From Squalus acanthias (lineage: Eukaryota), in NCBI GenBank assembly GCA_030390025.1, contig JASTWF010000036.1, forward strand, positions 3,350,001-3,414,000: DNA of 64,000 bases, written 5' to 3'. The notes under the pieces were generated by a model. The model did no database searches, had not been told where the DNA came from, and was given only the letters and a program-made list of their open reading frames with translations. Position 1 is the stretch's first letter. Each line of letters opens with the position of its first letter. Positions 51,251 through 61,789 of this stretch are shown one piece after another. Position numbers and translations under genes: made by a program.

Positions 51251-53004
51251 ACAAATGGAATGTGTGTGTTGTAGGGGAGGGGTAACTAAAGAGGAAGAGA
51301 ACCCAAAATAGCAGATGACTCACAAGTCGTCCCATGTACAGCACTACTTCCAAAGGAAAGACATTTTAACTTCCAGGTTGGGTAACAGGAGGCAAAAACC
51401 CTGACTCAGTCTACATTTAGATGGTTTGATGGACAGGATCGTAGGTTCTATATTTCTGCATGACCTAGAACGAGCCAAATAGCTTTCGTCATCCAGATCT
51501 ATTTTATGAACTGATTAAAAACACTCATACTTTCAAAAAAAAAAACTCTCTCCCAAAGTTCTTTTCAGTCCTACTTCAATTATTGCTCATCCTCTCCTGA
51601 AGGCACCATCTCTTGTTGGAGTAGGATTTCACAGGCGCCACTGCCCACCAGTACCTTTCCTAAGAAACCATTTTTCATGTGGGAGCCTAAACAGCGATTG
51701 TTGACGGACTATTTTCCCAGTTGCGGCAGCATAGACCAGTGACCTGCCCTCCTCCAACATCCATACCCATACATCTCTGGTGCCAGTCACTAGATGGTAT
51801 CAGGAGTGGAAACATTGGCTGATTTTTTTCCCTCCCTTGCCCAAAGGATGCAGAGGCCAATTATAGTGCTTCTACCGCTGTCCCAGCCAAAATTCACCCA
51901 GCTCAGCATAGATTGGGAATTGAATTTCGAAACTTTTCTGTCTCTGTGGCTCAGTGCCACACAATCATTTTACCCATTGAGCCATCAGGGAAATGATACT
52001 GTGGTAATAAATAAAAGTCACTGGATTTTACAAAAGGAACTTTGTTACGGAGCAAAAATAGGAAACTGGGGAAACTGAAAATTACAGAGAAGGCAAGATT
52101 AAAAAGTAATGGTTCTATTGTCTATTGGCACATTTAATGTGGCTTTTGTTCGCAGTACCAGCAGTTTCAGAATTTTCTTTCAGCTTACTTGTTAACCAGC
52201 GTGTAAAAATTAGCGCAGAAGAAATTAAGATTGGGAGTTCCACCTCTAAGTATTATTGCATCAGCTTACTATAAAAACGGCTTTTTAATATTTCAGCATT
52301 AAAAATATTTTGTTCACCAAAATACTTTGTTGGACACTTGATTTGTAAAGTAAGTAAAATGGGATTTTTTTTCTACATTGAAAAAGAATAGAATGCTGTA
52401 AATTCGATGTAATTCTACGTCAACTCGAATGTATTTTTTGGCTGCTGGAATTCAGAGAGACTAATTCGCATTCGTGGTGAATGTACTGCACTAACGGGGG
52501 ACAATCGAAAACACAACCTGCATGCAAACGATACCACAGTTGCCACTGGATTTCTGGAAAGGGAACATCTGTCCTCCATGGTCTAATTTTCCAGCACACC
52601 ATAGAATGAAAACGGCCAATATGTTACTTTTAATGGAGCTGTGCAATTTACTGTGTCACAATAACCATAATCACTCGCCATAAACATTACAAGGTTCTTG
52701 CAGGGAATCTTTGTGTTCGGCGTCCTGATGGATGCATGCCCAACAGTTCATCTCCTGGTGATTTGTTAAGAGTAGTATGTTCCAATTTGGATTTTCTCTC
52801 TCCACTCCACAGCAAAAAGGCAGGTTCCCATAAGCAGAGAGAGTTTCTTCTGAACCAAAACCTGTGCCCTTTTGTATCCCGTGAATGAGATAGCATGTCA
52901 CAGGACAAACAATTACCCTTTAGTTACAGTACAAAGCACCAGGGACCATGAAGGATGTCTACGGTGAAAGGAGGCAAAAACACACGGGTCATAGGTTCCC
53001 TTTT

Positions 53005-53400
53005 AACAACAACTTGTATTTATATAGCGACTTTAACGTAGTAAAACGTCCCATGGTGCTGCAGAGGAGTATTTTAAGACAAAAAATTTGACACCGAGCC
53101 ACATAAGGAGAAATTAAGGCAGGTGACCAAAAGCTTGGTCAAAGAGGTAGGTTTTAAGCAGCGTCTTAAAGGAGGAAAGAGAGGTAGCGAGGCGGAGAGG
53201 TTTAGGGAGGGAATTCCAGAGCTTAGGGCCTCAGCAACAGAAGGCACGACAACCAAAGGTTGAGCGATTATAATCAGGGATGCTCAAGAGGGCAGAATTA
53301 GAGGAGCGCAGATATTTTGGGGGGTTGTGGGGCTGAAGGAAGTTAGAGATAGGAAGGGGTGAGGCCATGGAGGGATTTGAAAACAAGGATGAGAATTTCA
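53005..53400 (-). mobile_element. L2 3' fragment
   Basis: Reverse complement of the L2 end. Confidence 0.88.
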
Positions 53401-55639
53401 AGCTAAAACGAATAGATAGTTTCACAATTTAGATCATTACAAACCAAAAATATTGAACACTGATCTAAAATTGAGTAGCTATGCCAAAAGAGGCCTTTCA
53501 TATCATAGACGTTAATCTGGAGACAATAACCATCTTCCCCGCAAGTATATCCTCCAATGGCTCAACTGCTAAAAATAATGGAGCAGATTGTCCTCTCCCA
53601 TTCTGCCTAATTTTGGTGGATTTGCGGGGTGGGGGTGTGGAGAAGGGAAATTTGTAGAGCAGCCATTCTTCCGGTTCCTGCCACCCAATGCTACTTCCAT
53701 AATCTTCTACTGGAAGTGAGATTGGGCATACAGTACCTGCGGCCAAATATGGGCGGGCATATTGTAATGAGACACCAATGACAAGAATACATTATATGAC
53801 GTATTTCCCCTCAATTGAGCCATAGCAACGCTGGGTACTAAGAATACCATGTGTTCCTGGTGTCCAGTGTTGCTATGGAGCTCCGGAAGGGAGGGGGTTG
53901 GGAAAAAAGAGACAGGGTTAAATTTTAAAGGGTCACTTCTGCCTTACACAAATCAATTGCTCGGCGTTGCACTAGGCAAAAGTAGGAGATTTGAAAAAAT
54001 AAAATAATTTTTTTTTTTCTACTTCTACTGTCAGTGACAGCCACACTACCCTGCAGCACTTCCCAGCGTTCCCATTAATTGGCATATTTCTCAAGTTGCT
54101 GATGCGAACAGATCTTGGTACTCCGATTTAGGAATTATCCACCGATGAGGCAACGGTGCTGAGGAAAGCTCTTTCAAAACCTCCAGGCCCACAAACTTCC
54201 AACGGGACAAACCAGCAAATAAATGCAAGCACAAAAAGGACTGAATTGCCTGGGGTCAGGGGCCATATATGTTGTTTGGCAACCCCTGTCCTACTGCACT
54301 CAAATGCTCTGAAAGAACTAGACTCCGTGTTAGTCCAGATTCCCATCATCGGGCCACACAGCATTGTATTATAAATATATTTTGATCCGCCTCCCTAAAT
54401 GCCCAACTTGCCAAGTACAGTTTAAGTGGAGCAGACCAGGAAGGTCGAGGTTCAATTCCCATTCTCGGAGTTATCTGATCTCAACCGTGATGGCATTAGG
54501 AGTGCTACAATTGGCCTTGGCACCTATAGGCTAGGAAAAGCAAAAAGAGTCAGCGTTTCCACTCCTAATGGCTATTCAGCGAGTCCTGCTGGAAGGTGCA
54601 CGTCTGGGCATTGGTTGAGGAAATCGGGCCGGACTGTGATGTCTCTCATGTTGGAATAGCCTGCCAGCAACACTCACTATCTGGGCTCCCACATGAAGAA
54701 TGGCCATTTGGGTGAGGGGAGTATAGAACTGTATGTCAGTTTAAGTGCTTTCAGGAAAGGCAGGGGAAGACCCTCAGCATAAAATAGAGATTTTAGACTC
54801 AGTGGGTAGATATACTTACACGATGTGGTACTGAGCCATACAGCTAGGAAACTGTTCAGCTAGTTGATCTCAACCTCTGTGTCCTCAGCATGGGGAAGAA
54901 ATCTATACAGTGCCTTTTGCAGAAAGGTCCACATGCAGATCTTTGTCGAGGGCAGCGGTGGGCTTGATTTTGATGTCCTTCAAGGAACCATAGCCCAGCA
55001 CGAGTCGTGGCGTTCAGGAGAGGAGGAGACAAAATTTGGGTGGAAGAAATAAACAATAAAATATTTTTAATATTTGCAATTTAGTTAAGAAGCTGAATTG
55101 GGAAGGGTGTTCATGCAACTGACAGCACTCCAGGCAAAAGCCTAGCACTGATCAGGTTTGTCCACACTCAAGGCCACCTGCATACAACTCAAATTGTTTT
55201 ATGGTTCCCATTTCTGTAGAAGTTTTCTTACATTCCCAACAATTGGCAATAGATTTTAAATTGTAAGCATCAATTGGGTATAAATTCTACTTCTATATCG
55301 GTAAACGGCTTATAATTACAACTAATTAATACTATTTGGCATTGCAACAGTATGTCACATCTCTCTCTCTTCTGGTACCTTAGATCCTGCCATGACAGAG
55401 ATGTAGAATGTCACATCTCAGTACCGAAAGTGTATGAAAACAGTACCTTGCGACTTCTTTTTGAAACTGTACAGCATGTCATATTGTATTTTAGAATTTA
55501 ATACTTCTCAGTAAATATTTGTTGATAAAAATGAGAGTTCTATAACTTTATGATCATGTTTTTATATTTTTAAAAAATTGTAACACTTATGGAATTCTAC
55601 TTGCGTGCAACTTTTGGCTTTGCAAGTACGAACGTAGAA

Positions 55640-57500
55640 AAAAAGGTGAGGCAGGAAAAGACCAGCTGGTGCATCGAGCCTCTCCTATATGGTCGTGGTG
55701 CAACTGAGCATCATGAGCCCCAATGCCCCCCATCTGGCAGTAGCCACATAATCTATGGGGAGAGGGGGAAAAAAACCTTTGGACCAATTCAGGGGAAAAA
55801 AATCTGGGAAATTCCTCTCCAACGCCCGGAATGCGCTCGAAACGAGATCCAGGAGCCCAGAGTGACCGTGAGACACATCACCCAACCAATGTTCCCGAGG
55901 TGTGCGGCCACGCGCCAATCGGGAGGTTCCCGCACAGGTCGCTCACCAGCTGCCGCCGCTGGAAACTATACCACACATACGCGGCCGCGCAGCAAATTTA
56001 AAGGGACTGCGCACAAAAAAAAATTAGAGGGAACATTGCAACCAACATCCTTTTGTACACTATCAATCAGCTATGCCAAGGAACTCGTTCAGCTCCCTTT
56101 TGAATGCTTGCAGTAAATCCACACTCACTCCACGAGCTGCCAGCTTGTTCCAAAGGTCGATGACCCTCTGAAAAGAGAAACCTCCTGACATGTGAGCTAG
56201 TTTGATGCTTACATAACTTATACCCATATCCCCTGGGTCTCCCTAACCTATCAGAGTATTTTAAATAGTTAATTCACATAGACAGTCTATTCCCTTCATT
56301 ATTGTAAAGACCTCAATATCATCTCTCGGAAGTCTCTGCTTTTGTAGATTAAAAGACCCAGTTCTCTCAGCCTATTGAGGTAACTAAGGGTCTTTAAACT
56401 AGGTATTGATCTCGTGGCCCTCCTCTGAACCTTTTCCAGTGTTGAGATCACCCACCATGTGAGGGAACCAGAACTGGACACAGGTGGGGGCCTAACCAAG
56501 GTCTTATACAAGGACACTATGGTGCTCTTTGTTTTACAATGGATCATCCCAGCAATACATCCTAATACTCGATTTGCTTTTGTTATAGCCTTGCAGCACT
56601 GGTCGGGAGCCTCAAGAGACTCACACAGTAGAACACCTAGGTCTCTTTCCTGCTCAACAGACCTTAGTTCAGAACCCCGCATGGTATATACATGGATGGC
56701 ATTAGCCCTACACATGTGTACGACACTACATTTATCTATATTAAATGACATCTGCCAGACACAGGCCCATTCTCCCATCACATCTAACACAGGAACAGGA
56801 GGAGGCCATTCAGCCCCTCGATCCCATTTCCCTATCAATCAGATCATGGCTGATCTGTACCATAACTCCATATCCCTTGATATCATGACTTAACAAAAAT
56901 CTATTGATTTCAGTCTTGAAAATTTCAATTGACCCAGCATCCACAGCCTTTTGGCAGAAGAGACATCTAGAGCGGACTGTAGCTGTTTCTCCTCAGCCAA
57001 GGTTCTAGCACGCTCACAACTTATTGTATTATCTGCAAACTTGCAGACGGTTCCCTCAATACTTTCATCCAAATTATTAAAAAGATTGTAAAGAGCGATG
57101 GTCCCAATGGGACTCGACGAGTAACCCATGCAGAACCACTACAATGAATAACAAGCTTCTGGCTAGGAGAGTACAACCAATTTCTTATCAACCCAAGATC
57201 TGCCATCCAATCCCACAGGACTATATCTTATTAAGTAGCCTATTGTGTGGCACGTTGTCGAGAGCTTTTTTGAAAATCCAAGTATACACTACTAACTGGG
57301 TTTACCTTCATCCACTTAGTAACCTCCTCAAAAAATTCAACCAGGTTGGTAAGACATGACCTTCTTTTCCAGGAGCTATGTTTAAAGACTCCAATAACTC
57401 CTTTTCTGTCCATATGGTTTTGCAGTGTATCTATAATGATCCCTTCTGGCAACTTGCCTATAACCACAGTCAAGCTAATGGGCCTGGGATTTCCTGGTTC
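55640..57500 (-). mobile_element. Old degenerate CR1 with nested MITE and short CR1 tail (~56787-56965)
   Basis: RPISLT, SCLTNLVEFFEEVT, YLDFQK, CKFADN and LEKVQRRATR in broken frames. Confidence 0.85.
55887..56038. mobile_element. hAT-type MITE, same family
   Basis: TIR CAATGTTCCC/GGGAACATTG; 8-bp TSD CACCCAAC / CAACCAAC. Confidence 0.85.
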
Positions 57501-57705
57501 TGACTTGATGCAAACAATTGGCCTCCGTGGCACTAGGCTAGAGATAGAGAGATAGATCGAGAGAGATCGAGAGAATGGCTGAAATACTCTGGATGATGGT
57601 ATAGTCTGCTGACACTCAAATGTCTAGACCAAAAACATTGGAGTGAATGCAAAGGGGCAGCCAAAATTCATGGGGCCACATCCCAGTAAGGGTAAATACC
57701 TACAG

Positions 57706-60053
57706 AAAGAGATAAAGACTTACATTTTTATAGCGCCTTTCACTACCACCGGACATCCCAAAGCACTTTACAGCCAATGAAGTACTTTTTTTTGGAAGTA
57801 TAGTCACTGTTGTAATGTAGGAAATGCGGCAGCCAATTTGCGCACAGCAAGCTCCCACAAACAGCAATGTGATACTGACCAGGTAATCTGTTTTTGTTAT
57901 GTTGGTTGAGGGACAAATATTGGCCAGGTCACCGGGGAAAACTCCCCTGCTCTTCTTCGAAATAGTACCGTGGGATCTTTTACAAACACCTGGGAGGGGA
58001 GACTGGGCCTCGGTTTAATGTTTCATCCAAAAGACGGCACCTCCGACAGTGAAGCGCTCCCTCAATACAGCCCCTCCGACAGGGCAGCACTCCCTCAATA
58101 CAGCCCCTCCGACAGTGCAGCACTCCCTCAATACAGCCCCTCCGACAGTGCAGCACTCCCTCAATACTGCCCCTCCGACAATACTGCCCCTCCGACAGTG
58201 CAGCACTCCCTCAATACAGCCCCTCCGACAGTGCAGCACTCCCTCAATACTGCCCCTCCGACAATACTGCCCCTCCGACAGTGCAGCGCTCCTTCAGTAC
58301 TGCCCCTCCGACAATACTGCCCCTCCGACAGTGCAGCACTCCCTCAGTACTGCCCCTCCGACAGTGCGGCGCTCCCTCAGTACTGCCCCTCCGACAGTGC
58401 AGCGCTCCCTCAATACAGCCCCTCCGACAGGGCAGCACTCCCTCAGTACTGCCTCTCCGACAGTGCGGCGCTCCCTCAGTACTGCCTCTCCGACAGTGCA
58501 GCACTCCCTCTCCGACAGTGCAGCACTCCCTCAGTACTGACCCTCCGACAGTGCAGCGCTCCCTCAGTACTGACCCTCCGACAGTGCAGCGCTCCTTCAG
58601 TACTGCCCCTCCGACAATACTGCCCCTCCGACAGTGCAGCACTCCCTCAGTACTGCCCCTCCGACAGTGCGGCACTCCCTCAGTACTGCCCCTCCGACAG
58701 TGCGGCACTCCCTCCGTACTGCCCCTCCGACAGTGCGGCGCTCCCTCAGTACCACCCCTCCGACAGTGCGGCGCTCCCCCAGTACCGCCCCTCCGACAGT
58801 GCGGCGCTCCCTCAGTACTGCCCCTCCGACAGTGCGGCGCTCCCTCAGTACTGCCCCTCCGACAGTGCGGAGCTCTCTCAGTACTGACCCTCCGACAGTG
58901 CAGCGCTCCCTCAGTACTGCCCCTCCGACAGTGCCGCGCTCTCTCAGTACTGCCTCTCCGACAGTGCGGCGCTCCCTCCGACAGTGCGGAGCTCTCTCAG
59001 TACTGACCCTCCGACAGTGCAGCGCTCCCTCAGTACCGCCCCTCCGACAGTGCAGCACTCCCTCAGTACTGCCCCTCCGACAGTGCGGCGCTCCCTCAGT
59101 ACTGCCTCTCCGACAGTGCAGCACTCCCTCAGTACTGCCCCTCCGACAGTGCGGCGCTCCCTCAGTACTGCCTCTCCGACAGTGCGGCACTCCCTCAGCA
59201 CTGCCCCTCTGACAGTGCGGCGTTCCCTCAGTACTGCCTCTCCGACAGTGCAGCGCTCCCTCAGTACTGCCCCGCCGACAGTGCGGCGCTCCCTCAGTAC
59301 TGCCCCTCCGACAGTGCGGCGCTCCCTCAGCACCGCCCCTCCGACAGTGCGGCGCTCCCTCAGCACCGCCCCTCCGACAGTGCGGCGCTCCCTCAGCACC
59401 GCCCCTCAGACAGTGCAGCACTCCGTCAGTACTGCCCCTCCGACAGTGCAGCGCTCCTTCAGTACTGCCCCTCCGACAATACTGCCCCTCCGACAGTGCA
59501 GCACTCCCTCAGTACTGCCCCTCCGACAGTGCGGCGCTCCCTCAGTACTGCCTCTCCGACAGTGCGGCACTCCCTCAGCACTGCCCATCTGACAGTGCGG
59601 CGTTCCCTCAGTACTGCCTCTCCGACAGTGCAGCGCTCCCTCAGTACTGCCTCTCCGACAGTGCGGCACTCCCTCAGCACTGCCCCTCTGACAGTGCGGC
59701 GTTCCCTCAGTACTGCCCCTCCGACAGTGCGGCGCTCCCTCAGTACTGCCCCGCCGACAGTGCGGCGCTCCCTCAGTACTGCCCCTCCGACAGTGCGGCG
59801 TTCCCTCAGTACTGCCTCTCCGACAGTGCAGCGCTCCCTCAGTACTGCCTCTCCGACAGTGCGGCACTCCCTCAGCACTGCCCCTCTGACAGTGCGGCGT
59901 TCCCTCAGTACTGCCCCTCCGACAGTGCGGCGCTCCCTCAGTACTGCCCTCAGACAGTGCAACGCTCCCTCAGTACTGCCCCTCCGACAGTGCAACGCTC
60001 CCTCAGTACTGCACTGGAGCATCAGCCTGGATTACGTGCTGAAGTCTCTGGAG
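57706..60053 (-). mobile_element. Deu-domain tRNA-SINE (SacSINE1-like) hosting the 33-bp minisatellite
   Basis: SINE tail and body at 57706-58040; the SINE sequence resumes after the array (GCACTGGAGCATCAGCCTGGATT...TCTCTGGAG). Confidence 0.9.
58040..60010. repeat. 33-bp minisatellite (~60 units) derived from the SINE body
   Basis: Unit CCCTCCGACAGTGCAGCACTCCCTCAGTACTGC with 17-bp short variants; 11-aa periodicity in the ORF track. Confidence 0.97.
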
Positions 60054-60159
60054 CAGGGGGACATAATCCCAGCTGCATATGTTTGAATACATTTACAATG
60101 TGCAAGGTCTCTGATGACTGGCACTCCTCATACTGCTCCAGTGGATTGACAACCCTGCT

Positions 60160-60310
60160 TCATGGAGCAGCCAATGGGCCCTGCTGAACTGTTCACGTGA
60201 ACACAGTTTCTGGACAAGGGTGGCAGCGTTTCTCGCGAGAGCTAGGGTGAATTCCCGGTTTTGGGGTTTTCTCCGCGGCGCTCCTCGCTTTCAGCATCTT
60301 CGGCTGCGCC
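60160..60310 (+). promoter_or_regulatory. BLOC1S1 proximal promoter / 5'UTR
   Basis: CCAAT box (~60169-60176), palindrome TGTTCACGTGAACA (60190-60203), TCTCGCGAGA element (60231-60240); CpG-rich to ~60590. Confidence 0.75.
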
Positions 60311-60371
60311 ATGTTATCCCGCTTATTGAAAGATCATCAGGCCAAGCAAAACGAACGCAAAGAACTACAAG
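60311..60371 (+). CDS. BLOC1S1: BLOC-1 subunit 1 (GCN5L1), first coding exon
   Basis: GCGCC-ATG start; translates to MLSRLLKDHQAKQNERKELQ plus G|GTGGGT (phase-1 donor). This is near-identical to the vertebrate BLOC1S1 N-terminus MLSRLLKEHQAKQNERKELQE. The context is CpG-rich. Confidence 0.95.
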
Positions 60372-60858
60372 GTGGGTCCGGACATTGTTAATTCGCCGTT
60401 AGGCCGAACTTCCCCTTCATCCTCGGTACTGGAATTGGGCTGCTGCGCACGGCCTGAGATCCAGGCCCCGATCTCCATGGAGACGGGCCTGTGCTCCCGC
60501 TGATTGGTCCATACAAGTGGAAGGTCTGCCCATATATGGAGCGCAGCAATAAACTCGCGTTCCTGATTGGCGGAATCAGCTGTCAATACTTCTCCAAGAT
60601 GAGGTTTTAATTTCTTTTGCAGATAAAACGCAAACTAATGGAAGTACTGTTGGATTGTGTGTAGGTGAAAAGAAATTATATTTATTAGATTTAACTACCA
60701 TTTAGGTATAATGTCAAGTAATGAACTGCAAATTATACCTTGATAAACTTGATTACAATACAATTGTTTGAATTAAAGAATTGCCACATGTGAGCAACGT
60801 TGAGCACCTTTCACATTGGCACAACCAATTAATTGCATTTGAATGCAGTCACTTGTGT

Positions 60859-61282
60859 GTCAGCCGTGGCTCAGTGGGCAGCACCCTCGCTTCTGAGTCG
60901 GAGGTTGTGGGTTCAAGTCCCACTCCAGAGACTTTAGCACAAAAATCCAGGCTGACACTCCACTGTCGGAGGTGCCGTCTTTCAGATGAGACGTTAAACC
61001 GAGGCCCCGTCTGCTCTCTCAGGTGGACGTAAAAGATCCGATGGCACTATTTTGAAGAAGAGTAGGGGAGTTCTCCCTGGTATTTATCCCTCAATCGACA
61101 TCACTAAAACAGATGATCTGGTCATTATCACATTGCTGTTTGTGGGAGCTTGCTGTGTGCAAATTGGCTGCCGCGTTTCCCACATTACAACAGTGACTAC
61201 ACTTCAAAAAGTACTTCATTGGCTGTAAAGCGCGTTGGGACATCCGGTAGTCGTGAAAGGCGCTATATAAATGCAAGTCTTT
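60859..61282 (+). mobile_element. Near full-length Deu-domain tRNA-SINE (SacSINE1-like)
   Basis: A box TGGCTCAGTGG, B box GGTTCAAGTCC, Deu-type core GATGAGACGTTAAACCGAGG...AAAAGATCC.ATGGCACTAT, L2-like tail GGCGCTATATAAATGCAAGT. Confidence 0.88.
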
Positions 61283-61289
61283 CACTGTT

Positions 61290-61780
61290 ATGTAGGCAAA
61301 CAGAGCAGCCAATTTGGAGACAGCAAATCGCAAATGACCAGTTAATCTGTTTACTGGTGGCGAGGGAGGCATGTTGGCCAGCACACTGGGAGAACTTCCT
61401 GCTCTTCAAATAGTGTTGTGGGATATTCTACGTCCACCTTAGCTGCAGATAGAAAGAAAAGAAAAAATTGCATTTATATAGCTCCTTTCACGTCCTCGAG
61501 ACGTCCCAAAGTGTTTTACAGCCAATGAAATACTTTTGAAGTGTGCTGTCTGCTTTGTAGGCAACCGTGGCAGCCAGTTTGCACACAGCAAAAGTCTCAC
61601 AAACTGCATTGAGATAAATAACCAGTTAATCTGTTTTAGGTGGTGTTGGTTGAGGGATAAACATTGGCCAGTTAATCAGGAGAACGCTCTTGCTCTTTTT
61701 CGAGCAGTGCAGTGCGGGTGGGATCTTTTACATCCACCCAAGCGGGGCAGATGAGGCTTCAGTTTACTGTCTCATCTGAA
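61290..61780 (-). mobile_element. Degenerate Deu-domain SINE fragments
   Basis: Diverged body and tail motifs. Confidence 0.7.
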
Positions 61781-61789
61781 TGACTCCTT

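Noticed and set aside
54864..55052. ORF containing MQIFV, the ubiquitin N-terminus
   Set aside because: Similarity ends after five residues; chance match
58040..60010. CRISPR-like appearance of the 33-bp repeats
   Set aside because: Units are head-to-tail with no unique spacers, there are no cas genes, and the context is vertebrate
57970..60086. Many overlapping 150-305-aa ORFs (PSDSAALPQYC, STAPPTVRRSL repeats)
   Set aside because: Translations of the 33-bp SINE-derived minisatellite
60610..60670. Acceptor-like TTTCTTTTGCAG after BLOC1S1 exon 1
   Set aside because: The in-phase translation (DKTQTNGSTVGLCV) does not match the expected exon 2 (EKRRREAI...), which probably lies beyond the window
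60859..60935. tRNA-like sequence with A and B boxes (also ~17460-17517, 23578-23650, 36765-36830, 51180-51250)
   Set aside because: Each continues into the SINE body, so these are SINE heads rather than tRNA genes
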